Shown: in pieces, positions 26,903-36,839 of the stretch
Position numbering within the stretch: the stretch's first letter is position 1
How the letters are laid out: every line of letters begins with the position of its first letter
Assembly (NCBI GenBank): GCA_001871475.1
Contig: MNVE01000009.1
Coordinates: forward strand, 13,114 to 77,113
Length of the DNA stretch: 64,000 nt
Reading direction: 5' to 3'
From: Candidatus Micrarchaeota archaeon CG1_02_47_40
Lineage (GTDB): Archaea > Micrarchaeota > Micrarchaeia > Anstonellales > CG1-02-47-40
Position numbers and translations under genes: made by a program
Notes under the pieces: generated by a model
What the model was told of the DNA's origin: nothing
Databases searched by the model: none
The model's input: only the letters and a program-made list of their open reading frames with translations

Positions 26903-27511
26903 ATGTCAAAGCTGAAAATTACCGAGGAGGTGCTCAAGGCAGTTGAATCTTCGCCATTTGGCATCGCTTCCTTGGAAGTGCTTGGAAGCCTTCAGCTCTG
27001 CTCCTTCCCTACCCTCAAAACCACGATTAGCAGGCTGAACAGGGCAGGCAGGATTATCAGGGTGAAAAGAGGCGTTTATTCCGCAACTCCTGTGCGGGAC
27101 CCTTATGCGCTTGCACAGGCGATTTTTGGCGGTTATGTTGGCTTCTCGGGAGCGCTTTATCTGCATAAGTTGAACACGGAGATGCCCTTCACTATTATCA
27201 TTGTCACGCCGCACCTCTCCAAAACAAGAAGTTTTGGCGAGTATGAGTTTAGGGCAGTCGCATTGGGAGATAGGGCGGTCGGGTTTGAACGGCTTGGAAA
27301 TTGCAATGTTTCAACGAGGGCGAAAACGCTCTTTGACTGCCTTTACCTTCCGCACTATTCCATAGAGGGACAGAAGCTCGTTGAGGCGTTTTCGCAGGCA
27401 AAGCTTGAAAGGAAGGAATGGAAAGAGTTTGAGTATTATGTCAAGAAATTTGCGGGAAAAAAGGCGGCAGTAGATATGTTTGAGGTAAAAAAGCTTATTC
27501 AAAGGAGTTGA
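26903..27511 (+). CDS. AbiEi-like antitoxin/regulator (TA module 2)
   Basis: wHTH N-terminus (LKTTISRLNRAGRIIRVKRGVY) and an SGALYLHKL AbiEi-type motif. Confidence 0.55.
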   Translation: MSKLKITEEVLKAVESSPFGIASLEVLGSLQLCSFPTLKTTISRLNRAGRIIRVKRGVYSATPVRDPYALAQAIFGGYVGFSGALYLHKLNTEMPFTIIIVTPHLSKTRSFGEYEFRAVALGDRAVGFERLGNCNVSTRAKTLFDCLYLPHYSIEGQKLVEAFSQAKLERKEWKEFEYYVKKFAGKKAAVDMFEVKKLIQRS

Positions 27512-27515
27512 TAAA

Positions 27516-28298
27516 ATGGAAATCAATCTTGAGGTGTGCAGGACTATTGCGGTGCAGTATGGGCTGCCCCTGCAGTTTGTCGCAAAGGAGTTCTACGTGT
27601 TTGACGTGCTCGGGCAGATTGCTGAACTGACTGCGGGAAAGAAGGAGCTTGTTTTCAAGGGAGGAACCGCGCTCAACAAGATTTACCTTGGGAAAATGCA
27701 GCGCTTTTCAGAGGATTTGGATTTTGATTTGAGCGCGGAGAGGGAGATTGGGCTGACGGAGTATTGCAGGAAGCTTGCAAAGGGGATTGAAGGCTACAAA
27801 ATAGGTGAATTTCGAAAAGTGCGCGGCACGCTGCAGCTTTACTGCGGCTTTGAAAGCCTGCTTGGCGGAACTGATCATGTTAGGATTGACATTGCCGCAA
27901 AAAAAATAATCACGCAAAACCCTACCGCGCTCGGAACTGCCTCCTCTTCGTATGCAGGGCGCTCCGTCGCAGGAATTAATGTGTATTCCCTTGAGGATTT
28001 GTGCGCAAGGAAGCTTTGCGCCCTCTGCGTTAGGGGGGAGGGAAAGGATTTTTACGACGTGCATAATGCCCTGCCTTTATGCGGCAGGATGAAGGGGGCG
28101 ATTGAAAAAATGCTCTTAAGCGAAGGAAGCGGGCAAACTGCGGAGGAATTTTTGGAGAAGGCAACTGCAACGGTAAAAAAGGCGGATGCAAAAAAACTTC
28201 GCAATCTTGCAAACCCGTTCATACCTGCAGGCTGCCGTCCAAAGGATTGGCTGGAGCTGAAAAACGACCTTGCAATGAAACTGGAAATGCTGGGGTGA
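27516..28298 (+). CDS. AbiEii-like nucleotidyltransferase toxin (DUF1814)
   Basis: FKGGTALNKIYLGKMQRFSEDLDFD signature. Confidence 0.7.
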   Translation: MEINLEVCRTIAVQYGLPLQFVAKEFYVFDVLGQIAELTAGKKELVFKGGTALNKIYLGKMQRFSEDLDFDLSAEREIGLTEYCRKLAKGIEGYKIGEFRKVRGTLQLYCGFESLLGGTDHVRIDIAAKKIITQNPTALGTASSSYAGRSVAGINVYSLEDLCARKLCALCVRGEGKDFYDVHNALPLCGRMKGAIEKMLLSEGSGQTAEEFLEKATATVKKADAKKLRNLANPFIPAGCRPKDWLELKNDLAMKLEMLG

Positions 28299-28312
28299 AA
28301 ATCTGTAATTGG

Positions 28313-29170
28313 CTATTCCAGCTCATCAAGCAATTTTGAGATATTCACATTAGAAATGCCGTGCTTCACAAGAGGTTTTTTCTGTATGTGCGGAATCTCA
28401 TCCTCATAAGTGGGGCGCTCTTCTGTATAGAATAAGCCTATGGGTATTTTCTTTTCCCCCCACTCCTGCGAGCGTGTGAATGCGGCAACCTTGTCTTGCG
28501 GATTGTGCCCTGTTCCCTCAAGTTTGTAGCAGTTCTTCTGATAATACTGGTAAGTGCCAAGCTGGTTGAAGGTGACGCAGGGCTGCAAAACGTCTATTAA
28601 GGAGAATCCCTTGTGCGCCAAACCTCCAGCAATTAAGGAGGAAAGGTGTTTTATATCCCCTGCAAAACCGCGTGCAGCATAGGTTGCTCCGCTTGCAATA
28701 GCAAGCGCCATGGGGTTTACGGGAATTTCTATAACGCCAAATGGAGTGCTCTTTGTTTTGAAGCCCTTGGGGCTGGTGGGAGAAGTTTGCCCGGTTGTCA
28801 AACCGTATACTTGATTGTCGGTTACAATATAATTTATGTCAAAATTCCTCCTCATTGCATGCACAAGATGCCCCATGCCTATCCCATACCCGTCCCCGTC
28901 TCCGCTTACTGCAATCACTCTTAAAGAGTTGTTTGCAAGCTTTATTGCAGATGCCACAGGCAATGAGCGGCCGTGCAGGGATTCAAACGCGTATGTTTTC
29001 ACAAAATGGGGCATTTTGCTTGAGCAGCCTATGCCTGAAACAATCACCGTTTCCTCCGGCTTGCACTTGCTTTGCAAGAGCGCATCCTTTAGCGCAAGCA
29101 GGATGGAATAGTTTCCGCAGCCCGGGCACCATTGGGGCTTGTGGGGCGAATCAAAGCAGGAAGAAGTCAT
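28313..29170 (-). CDS. korB: 2-oxoacid:ferredoxin oxidoreductase beta subunit (TPP-binding)
   Basis: WCPGCGN Cys motif and the GDGD TPP-binding motif. It overlaps the alpha subunit by 4 bp. Confidence 0.85.
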   Translation of the reverse strand: MTSSCFDSPHKPQWCPGCGNYSILLALKDALLQSKCKPEETVIVSGIGCSSKMPHFVKTYAFESLHGRSLPVASAIKLANNSLRVIAVSGDGDGYGIGMGHLVHAMRRNFDINYIVTDNQVYGLTTGQTSPTSPKGFKTKSTPFGVIEIPVNPMALAIASGATYAARGFAGDIKHLSSLIAGGLAHKGFSLIDVLQPCVTFNQLGTYQYYQKNCYKLEGTGHNPQDKVAAFTRSQEWGEKKIPIGLFYTEERPTYEDEIPHIQKKPLVKHGISNVNISKLLDELE

Positions 29171-30945
29171 TTGTGCAGCCTCCTTATTTCCCTTGCAATC
29201 TCATCCGCTTCAAACGGCCGCCCATCATACCTCAACAGCGCGTTTTTTATGTAAAATCCCGTCTTCTCCATTATCAGCGCGCGCATCTGCCCTTGCGAAT
29301 TCCCCTCGCATATCAGATGCATTTTGCTTTTTTTCAATTCTTCAAGCACGGTTTTTGAGTCAAAGGGGGAAACCCACGCAATGTGCATGAATTTGGTGCT
29401 GATGCCTTCCTTTTCAAGAAGCTTTTGCGCCTCCAAAACAGGCCCCTTTGTGGAGCCCCAGGCGGCTATGAGAAATTCCGCATCTTTCTTCCCGTATATT
29501 TTCGGCTTTATTATCTCCCTGTCCATCGCTTCAAGCTTTTTGGCGCGCTTTTGCATCATTGCAGTGCGCATTTTCCCCTCCTCGCATGAGAAGCCGGTCT
29601 CATCGTGCTCGTATGAGGAGGTCACGTGCATGCCGTTTTGCTGCCCTGGAAAGCATTGCTCTGAAATTCCGCTCTTTGTGAGGGAGTAGCGCTTGAAGTT
29701 TTTTGCATTTGCCATTTCTTTGTCGCCTGCCCTCCCTCCCCTCTGTACTTTTGCCTTTTTCATATCAAATCTCGGAGTGGTGCATAAGTGTTCCCCCAAA
29801 TATTTGTCCGAGAGCACTATTGCGGGCATTTGAAGCTTCTCCGCCCAGTTTAGTACATCTACCATTCCGTAAAAGCACTCCTCCACATCGCCCGGGCAGA
29901 ACATGAGGCGCGGGAATTCCCCGTGCGAGATGTGAAGCGCAAACTGCAAATCCGACTGGTCGGTGTAGGTTGGCAAGCCTGTTGAGGGGCCTGCCCTTTG
30001 CACCTCCACTATCACTATGGGCTGCTCTGCCATTCCTGCCATGCCTATCGCTTCTGCCATTAAGGAGAATCCTCCTCCTGAAGTGGCAGTTATGCAGCGC
30101 GCGCCTGCAAATGCCGCGCCGCAGAGCATGTTCACTGCGCAGATTTCATCTTCAGTGTGCTTTACGACAAGCTCAAATTCCCTCTCGTGCGCAGCCATGA
30201 AGTGCAGAACGGAACTTGAGGGGCTCATAGGATATTCCGCAACGAATTTGCATCCTGCGCGCAGTGCGCCAAGGCAGATTGCATCGTTTCCATTCAGGAG
30301 AATTGTGGAGGGGAGTTTCTTTCTTATGGGTATGGAAAGGCGCGCTTTTGAGAAGTTTTTTGAAATGAACTCGTAGCCCGCCTTTGCGGCTGAAATGTTT
30401 TTTTGCACTATCTCCGCCCCTTTGCGCGAAAATGCCTTTTCCATTTCCTTTTTTGCAATTTCAAAATCGGCTTCCAAAAGCGCAAGAGCGGCGCCTACCG
30501 CAACCGAGTTTGTGAAAATCGGGTTGCCTTCCTTTTGCGCAAACTCCAATAAGGGCACGGGAACGTAATTTACATCCTTTCTCTTTTCATCTTGCGCAAA
30601 ATTCACGCTTTCCCCCTGGTGATTCGACTCAAAAATAACGCTTGCCCCCTTTTCAAGCTCATCCTTGTGCAGCACTGCCGTCTGCTTGTTTAGGCAGATT
30701 AACATGTTCACCTTTCCGCAAAGGGAATGTATTTTCTGTGTGCTTCCCCTTACGCTTACTGTGTTGTGCCCCCCTCTAATTAGTGATGGGTAATCATTCT
30801 CCGAGAATACGTGCATTCCCGCGTCTTTGAGGCATCTTGCAATCGCAAGCCCTATTATCGCTACCCCGCTTCCGGCTTCTCCGCCGATTTTTATAGTAAT
30901 ATCCTCTAGCATGGAAACTGCCTTTGCATTTTTCTTTCCTTTCAT
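29167..30945 (-). CDS. korA: 2-oxoacid:ferredoxin oxidoreductase alpha subunit with fused N-terminal gamma domain
   Basis: 592 aa. N-terminal IKIGGEAGSGV (gamma-like) then a pyruvate/2-oxoacid oxidoreductase alpha core. Two-subunit OFOR arrangement. Confidence 0.8.
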   Translation of the reverse strand: MKGKKNAKAVSMLEDITIKIGGEAGSGVAIIGLAIARCLKDAGMHVFSENDYPSLIRGGHNTVSVRGSTQKIHSLCGKVNMLICLNKQTAVLHKDELEKGASVIFESNHQGESVNFAQDEKRKDVNYVPVPLLEFAQKEGNPIFTNSVAVGAALALLEADFEIAKKEMEKAFSRKGAEIVQKNISAAKAGYEFISKNFSKARLSIPIRKKLPSTILLNGNDAICLGALRAGCKFVAEYPMSPSSSVLHFMAAHEREFELVVKHTEDEICAVNMLCGAAFAGARCITATSGGGFSLMAEAIGMAGMAEQPIVIVEVQRAGPSTGLPTYTDQSDLQFALHISHGEFPRLMFCPGDVEECFYGMVDVLNWAEKLQMPAIVLSDKYLGEHLCTTPRFDMKKAKVQRGGRAGDKEMANAKNFKRYSLTKSGISEQCFPGQQNGMHVTSSYEHDETGFSCEEGKMRTAMMQKRAKKLEAMDREIIKPKIYGKKDAEFLIAAWGSTKGPVLEAQKLLEKEGISTKFMHIAWVSPFDSKTVLEELKKSKMHLICEGNSQGQMRALIMEKTGFYIKNALLRYDGRPFEADEIAREIRRLHK

Positions 30946-31061
30946 TTTTCTGCTCGCCTGATTCCACTTACAAGAAGAACATTAATAAACATTTTAGATG
31001 GGCAATTGACGAATTTTGCATTCACCAAAAATGTTATATATTCTGCCCGAGTGGAAGATGC

Positions 31062-31640
31062 ATGAAAACCGAAGTCGTTGTTTTGCTTCTGCTTGCCATC
31101 GTCGTGGCGCTGGTTATGCTCATGCCAAAGGGAAATGCCGGCGTTTCAATGCAGGATGCGAGGAATTTCGTGCTGGAGGATATGAAAACAAAGTACCCGA
31201 ATGCGGAAATTACCGAAGTAATCTCCTCAAAGGAGGAGAATGGAGCGTATAAGATAAAGGGAAGGGTCAGTTCTGCGCTTTCCTCCCCCTGCCCGCAGAG
31301 GCTGCACCTTTATTACGATTATCCCGTTTCGCATTTTGTCACCTGGGTGGAGAATATCACAAGAAACTGCAAAGTATGCGAAGGGCTGCCGGAGTGCGTT
31401 ATAGCATTTGAGGAGGAGGCGGTGGCTGCTTCCCACACTTATGCCGGAAGTGAGAGGGTGGGAGCGTATCTGGTGAAATATCCGGATGCAAAGGCTTCTT
31501 ATGAATTGCTTTCCGAATTTGAAGGGGAAACGGATGTCTGGCACGTCACTTGGGAAGGGGCGTATGCGGCAGTGAAGATGAATGTTTACCTCTCAAAGAA
31601 CAAGAATTCTATTTTGTGGGTAAGGGAAGAGGGGAAGTGA
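31062..31640 (+). CDS. membrane-anchored/exported hypothetical protein
   Basis: Internal Met followed by a hydrophobic helix (VVVLLLLAIVVALVMLM) and then a soluble Cys-containing domain. Confidence 0.35.
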   Translation: MKTEVVVLLLLAIVVALVMLMPKGNAGVSMQDARNFVLEDMKTKYPNAEITEVISSKEENGAYKIKGRVSSALSSPCPQRLHLYYDYPVSHFVTWVENITRNCKVCEGLPECVIAFEEEAVAASHTYAGSERVGAYLVKYPDAKASYELLSEFEGETDVWHVTWEGAYAAVKMNVYLSKNKNSILWVREEGK

Positions 31641-31731
31641 AGAGCTAGAATTTGGGAGGGTGAAACCCTTTCTTTTTGGGGGTGAAGCCCTCAGCACCTT
31701 TTTCTTTTGGAAAGAAAAAGGGGCTATGGGA

Positions 31732-31749
31732 GGGTCGGACTTCTGCCCT
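31732..31749. promoter_or_regulatory. 18-bp motif GGGTCGGACTTCTGCCCT immediately upstream of a TATA-like box and the uvrB start; exact second copy at 36756-36773
   Basis: Exact 18-bp repeat read in the sequence. Both copies are followed by AT-rich TATA-like sequences (CTTATTAA / GGTTTAAAAG). Confidence 0.4.
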
Positions 31750-31771
31750 GCTAAAACTTATTAACGCAAAA

Positions 31772-33751
31772 ATGCCTAACCCTCTTATGACTCGCCTTAA
31801 GCTTCACTCCGATTTCTCACCTGCAGGAGACCAGCCAGAGGCAATAGGGAAGTTAGCGAAAGGAGTGGAAAAGGAAGGAATGCAAACTCTTCTTGGAGTA
31901 ACCGGCTCCGGCAAGACGTTCAGCATCGCCTCTGTACTTGCAAAAACAAACCGCACCGCGCTTGTAATCTCCCATAACAAAACCTTAGCAGCGCAGCTCT
32001 ACTCCGAATTTAGGGATTTTTTCCCTGAAAATAAGGTGGGCTATTTCGTTTCTTATTATGATTATTACCAGCCTGAAAGCTACATCCCCCAAAGCGACAC
32101 CTACATAGAGAAGGATGCGCAGGTGAATGAGAAAATAGAGAGGCTGCGCCTGGCGGCTACTGCTGCGCTTGCAGGCGGGGAGCCCTGCATAATAGTTGCG
32201 ACCGTCTCCTGCATTTATGGAATCGGCTCTCCGGAAGAATGGAAAAAGATGACGTTTGAGATAAGGAAGGGGGCAAGGATTGCGAGGAGTTCTTTTTTGG
32301 CAAAGCTTGTTTCCATGCAGTATGAGCGGAATGACATGGCGCTTTCTTCGGGAAAATTCCGTGCGAAAGGAGATACTATAGAGATAATGCCAAGCTATTC
32401 CGAGGAAGTGGTTAGGGTGTCGCTCTCCGGGGATGGAGTGGAAAGCATAACTATTATGGACGGGCAGAACCGAAAAATGATAAGCACCCCTTCCTCCTTT
32501 ATTCTCTTTCCCGCAAAGCATTACCTCGTGCCGGAGGGGCAGAGGGAGAAGGCAATTAAGGAGATTGAGGCGGAATTGGAGCAGAGATTGCCGGAAATGG
32601 AGGAGATGAGCGCATACCGTCTTAAGACGAGAACGAAATATGATTTGGAGTTGATAAAGGAAATTGGATATTGCAACGGGATTGAGAATTACTCGCGGCA
32701 TTTTGACGGCAGAAATCCAGGAGAGCCTCCTTACTGCCTTCTTGATTACCTTCCCAAAGATGCGCTTGTAGTGATAGATGAATCGCACGTAACCCTCCCC
32801 CAACTGCACGGGATGCAGAAAGGAGACCGCTCGCGCAAGAAGGCGCTTATAGATTACGGCTTCCGCCTTCCGAGCGCATACGACAACCGTCCGCTTACAT
32901 TTGAGGAGTTTGAAGGGAAGCTGAAAGGGAAAAGTGCCATCTTTGTTTCAGCAACGCCTGCGGAATATGAGCGCACTCGTTCTTCTCAAATAGTAGAGCA
33001 GTTGGTGCGCCCCACAGGCCTGCTTGACCCGTCTGTAGAGGTGCGCCCAACATTCGGGCAGGTTGAGGATTTGATTAAAGAGGTGAAGAACAGGGCAGAG
33101 GCAGGCGAGCGAACTCTTGTAACCACCCTCACGAAAAGAATGGCAGAGGATTTGGCGGAGAGATTGGTAAGCGAGGGGGTTAAGGCGCGCTATCTTCATG
33201 CGGAGATAGAGACATTGCAAAGAAGCGAGATAATACGGCAGTTGCGCCTTGGGGAGTTTGACTGCCTTGTGGGGATAAATCTTTTGAGGGAGGGATTGGA
33301 CTTGCCGGAAGTGAGCCTTGTTGCGATATTTGACGCGGATAAGCAGGGGTTTTTGAGAACGGAAACAAGTTTGATACAGACGATTGGGAGGACTGCACGC
33401 AATCTGAATGCGCACGCGATAATGTATGCAGATGGAATAAGTGAGGCGATGCAAAAGGCGATTGATGAAACTGAAAGACGGAGGAAGGTGCAGGAGGAGT
33501 ACAATAGGGAGCATGGCATAACTCCGAAAAGCATCGTGAAGAAGATAAAGGAGAGAATAAGCGCTTATGAAGAGGAAGGGAAGGGGAAAGGAAGGGAGGA
33601 AGAAAGGCTGGAATTGGAAGAGGAGATAATAATTTTAGAGGAGGAAATGAAACAGGCGGCTGAAACACTTGAATTTGAGAAGGCGATTGAGCTCCGGGAC
33701 AGGTTATCTGAATTGAAGAGGATGAAAAAAGGAAGGAGAAAGAAAAGCTGA
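31772..33751 (+). CDS. uvrB: excinuclease ABC subunit B
   Basis: GVTGSGKTF Walker A, helicase motifs, and a C-terminal UVR domain (EFEKAIELRDRL). Confidence 0.95.
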   Translation: MPNPLMTRLKLHSDFSPAGDQPEAIGKLAKGVEKEGMQTLLGVTGSGKTFSIASVLAKTNRTALVISHNKTLAAQLYSEFRDFFPENKVGYFVSYYDYYQPESYIPQSDTYIEKDAQVNEKIERLRLAATAALAGGEPCIIVATVSCIYGIGSPEEWKKMTFEIRKGARIARSSFLAKLVSMQYERNDMALSSGKFRAKGDTIEIMPSYSEEVVRVSLSGDGVESITIMDGQNRKMISTPSSFILFPAKHYLVPEGQREKAIKEIEAELEQRLPEMEEMSAYRLKTRTKYDLELIKEIGYCNGIENYSRHFDGRNPGEPPYCLLDYLPKDALVVIDESHVTLPQLHGMQKGDRSRKKALIDYGFRLPSAYDNRPLTFEEFEGKLKGKSAIFVSATPAEYERTRSSQIVEQLVRPTGLLDPSVEVRPTFGQVEDLIKEVKNRAEAGERTLVTTLTKRMAEDLAERLVSEGVKARYLHAEIETLQRSEIIRQLRLGEFDCLVGINLLREGLDLPEVSLVAIFDADKQGFLRTETSLIQTIGRTARNLNAHAIMYADGISEAMQKAIDETERRRKVQEEYNREHGITPKSIVKKIKERISAYEEEGKGKGREEERLELEEEIIILEEEMKQAAETLEFEKAIELRDRLSELKRMKKGRRKKS

Positions 33752-33838
33752 ATTGGCGGGTAAGTTGGAGAGGACGATGAAGGGGAAGCGATTGAAATGG
33801 AAAAAAACATAATTGTCCGCGGAGCGCGCGAGCATAAC

Positions 33839-33907
33839 CAACAGCGAAGCTGTTGGGCCGTGTCCGCAAGGACACGTAGTGCGAGAGCGTGATGAATATG
33901 CAAAATA
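33839..33907. repeat. double-hairpin element (CAACAGC-GAAG-GCTGTTG and CGTGTCC-GCAA-GGACACG) flanked by imperfect ~30-bp direct repeats of the uvrA 5' end
   Basis: 33809-33838 (ataattgtccgcggagcgcgcgagcataac) resembles 33908-33936 (the uvrA start). The two hairpins lie between. Confidence 0.5.
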
Positions 33908-36708
33908 TAGTAATACGCGGAGCGCGCGAGCATAATCTGAAAAATATTGATGTTGATATTCCAAGGGATTCCCTTACGGTAATTACCGGCATTTCGGGAA
34001 GCGGCAAAAGCACTCTTGCATTTGACACTATTTACGCGGAAGGGCAGAGAAGGTACGTTGAATCCCTCTCCACCTACGCAAGGCAGTTTCTTGGGATAAT
34101 GGGAAAGCCGGATGTGGATTCTATAGAAGGGCTTTCCCCTGCCATTTCCATAGAACAAAAAGTAAGCGGGAAAAACCCCCGCTCTACTGTTGGCACGATG
34201 ACGGAAATTTACGATTACATGAGGCTCTTGTGGGCAAGAGTAGGAAAGCCCCACTGCCCAAAATGCGGTATTGAAATCGCAAGCCAGACCCCGCAGGCGA
34301 TTGTGGAGAATATAATGAAGGGAAATGAAGGGCAGAAGCTGGAGATACTCTCCCCGATTGTGCAGGGGAAAAAGGGGGAGTATGCGAAATTGCTTGAGAG
34401 ATTATCTGAAAGGGGATTTTCCCGCGCAAGGGTGGATGGGGAGGCGTGCGAGCTATCGCAAGCCCCGCCTCTGAAAAAACAGCAGAAGCATACGATAGAA
34501 GTGCTTGTGGACAGGTTGGCAATAATTGAAGCGGAAAAGAGCAGAATTTTTGAAGCGGTGCAGACTGCGCTGAAGGAAAGCGGGGGGGCGGTGATTGCAA
34601 AAATCGGAAAGGAGGAAAAACTGTTCTCGCAGAAAAATGCCTGCCTTAACTGCGGCATTTCTGTAGGCGAATTGGAGCCTCGGATGTTTTCATTCAATTC
34701 CCCTTATGGCGCATGCGAGGAGTGCCATGGCTTGGGAGTTAAGATGGAATTTGTGCCGGAGTTGGTAATTCCGGATATGGGAAAATGCATTGCGGATGGT
34801 GGGGTTGTTCCCTGGCAGAGCGCTGTTGGAAGCTATAGGGGGAGGATGCTGGAGGCGCTTGGCAAAAAGCTTGGCTTTGATATGTACACTCCGCTTAAGG
34901 ATATTGGAGAAGAGAACCTGCGCATAATACTCTACGGAACGGAAGAGAAAGTAAAATACAAGTTCAAATCAAGGAATGGAAATTCTTCTTTTGAGTATGA
35001 AGGCGGGTTTGAGGGGGTTGTGCCAAATTTAGAGAGATTGCATAAAGAAACGAAATCCGAATGGAGAAAGGAGGAGATTGCAAAATTCATACGCGAGAGC
35101 ACCTGCCCTAAATGCTGCGGGAAAAGATTGATGGAAAATGTGCTTGCGGTGAAAATACAGGAGAAATCAATAATGGATGTTTGCGAGCTTCCAATAGGAA
35201 AAGCAGGGGAATTTTTCAAGGGGCTGAAAACAGAGGGAAACGAAGCGATTATTGCTTCACCTGTGCTGAAAGAGATAAGGGAAAGGCTTGGATTTTTGGT
35301 GAATGTGGGCGTGCCTTATCTTACCCTCTCGCGCATTTCAGGCACGCTTTCAGGGGGGGAGATGCAGAGAATACGGCTTGCCACGCAAATCGGCTCAATG
35401 CTTACGGGTGTGGTGTATGTGCTTGACGAACCCAGTATAGGCCTGCACCAAAAGGACAACGGGATGCTGATAAAGACGCTGAAATCCCTGCGGGATTTGG
35501 GAAATACTCTTTTAGTGGTGGAGCATGACGAGGAGACGATGAGAAATGCGGATTATGTGGTGGATATGGGGCCCGGTGCAGGGGAAGCGGGAGGGAGAGT
35601 AGTGGTTGCAGGGAACGTGAAGGATATTGAGAAATGTGAAGAGTCGCTGACTGGAAAATACCTTTCAGGAAAGCTGAAAATACCGATTCCACAGAAGAGG
35701 AGAAGGAGCAGTAAGTTTCTGATTATTCGCGGGTGCGGGGAAAACAACCTGAAAGACATTGATGTTTCCTTTCCCCTTGGGACTTTCACCTGCGTTACCG
35801 GCGTTTCCGGAAGCGGAAAAAGCACGCTTGTGAATGAAACTCTGCACAAGGGGCTTGCGCAGAAAATATACGGCTCAAGGGAAAGGGCGGGAAAGTTTGA
35901 GAAATTTGAGGGGCTGGATTATATTGATAAGGCAGTTTGCATAGACCAGAATCCGATTGGAAGGACGCCAAGAAGCAATCCCGCAACTTATACTGGTGTT
36001 TTTACTCCCATACGCGAGTTGTTTGCAAAAACTCCTTCTGCGCGCATAAAGGGATATTCTGCCGGGAAATTCTCCTTTAATGTTGAGGGGGGAAGATGCG
36101 AGAAATGCGAAGGGGCAGGAATGCAGAGAATAGAAATGAATTTCCTGCCTGATATATTCGTGCCCTGTGAGGAATGCCAGGGGAAACGGTATAATTCGGA
36201 GGCGCTTTCCATAACTTACAAGGAGAAGAATATTTCTGATGTTTTGAGTATGAGCGTGGATGAAGCTGCCGCGTTTTTTGAGAACATTCCGCAGATTAGG
36301 GAGAAGCTCAAAACTCTGCGGGATGTGGGGCTTGGGTATGTGAAGCTTGGGCAGAGCGCAACCACGCTTTCCGGAGGGGAGGCGCAGAGGGTGAAGCTCT
36401 CAAGCGAGCTTTCAAAGAGGGGGACGGGAAAAACAATTTACATTCTTGATGAGCCGACTGTGGGACTGCACTTTGCGGATGTTGCAAAACTGCTTGATGT
36501 GCTTGTCAGATTGGTGGAGAAGGAGAATACGGTGATTGTTATAGAGCATAATCTGGATGTGATTAAGTGCGCGGATTATGTTATTGATTTGGGTCCGGAA
36601 GGAGGGGAGGGAGGCGGGAGAGTAGTTGCGCTTGGGACTCCGGAAGAGGTTGCGCAAAACAATAAAAGCTGTACAGGAGAGTATCTGAAGGGAGTATTGA
36701 AGTCATGA
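33889..36708 (+). CDS. uvrA: excinuclease ABC subunit A
   Basis: Two ABC ATPase modules (GISGSGKST, GVSGSGKST), zinc-finger Cys clusters, 939 aa. Confidence 0.95.
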   Translation: MMNMQNIVIRGAREHNLKNIDVDIPRDSLTVITGISGSGKSTLAFDTIYAEGQRRYVESLSTYARQFLGIMGKPDVDSIEGLSPAISIEQKVSGKNPRSTVGTMTEIYDYMRLLWARVGKPHCPKCGIEIASQTPQAIVENIMKGNEGQKLEILSPIVQGKKGEYAKLLERLSERGFSRARVDGEACELSQAPPLKKQQKHTIEVLVDRLAIIEAEKSRIFEAVQTALKESGGAVIAKIGKEEKLFSQKNACLNCGISVGELEPRMFSFNSPYGACEECHGLGVKMEFVPELVIPDMGKCIADGGVVPWQSAVGSYRGRMLEALGKKLGFDMYTPLKDIGEENLRIILYGTEEKVKYKFKSRNGNSSFEYEGGFEGVVPNLERLHKETKSEWRKEEIAKFIRESTCPKCCGKRLMENVLAVKIQEKSIMDVCELPIGKAGEFFKGLKTEGNEAIIASPVLKEIRERLGFLVNVGVPYLTLSRISGTLSGGEMQRIRLATQIGSMLTGVVYVLDEPSIGLHQKDNGMLIKTLKSLRDLGNTLLVVEHDEETMRNADYVVDMGPGAGEAGGRVVVAGNVKDIEKCEESLTGKYLSGKLKIPIPQKRRRSSKFLIIRGCGENNLKDIDVSFPLGTFTCVTGVSGSGKSTLVNETLHKGLAQKIYGSRERAGKFEKFEGLDYIDKAVCIDQNPIGRTPRSNPATYTGVFTPIRELFAKTPSARIKGYSAGKFSFNVEGGRCEKCEGAGMQRIEMNFLPDIFVPCEECQGKRYNSEALSITYKEKNISDVLSMSVDEAAAFFENIPQIREKLKTLRDVGLGYVKLGQSATTLSGGEAQRVKLSSELSKRGTGKTIYILDEPTVGLHFADVAKLLDVLVRLVEKENTVIVIEHNLDVIKCADYVIDLGPEGGEGGGRVVALGTPEEVAQNNKSCTGEYLKGVLKS

Positions 36709-36755
36709 AGTAATGAAGTCTTGGGGTATTGCCTGCATGGTCTTGAGGTCTTGGG

Positions 36756-36773
36756 GGGTCGGACTTCTGCCCT
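36756..36773. promoter_or_regulatory. second copy of the GGGTCGGACTTCTGCCCT motif, upstream of a TATA-like GGTTTAAAAG and the dcm start
   Basis: Exact match to 31732-31749. Confidence 0.4.
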
Positions 36774-36839
36774 AATAAGGTTTAAAAGAGAGGGAAGAAC
36801 AGCAATCATTGCAAGACGTAAATTATTGAGGCGGAATGG

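Noticed and set aside
31985-34697. Long antisense ORFs within uvrB/uvrA (e.g. 31985-32809, 33180-34028, 33565-34254, 34215-34697)
   Set aside because: Embedded opposite to strongly supported UvrB/UvrA coding sequence. Pro/Ser-rich shadow translations.
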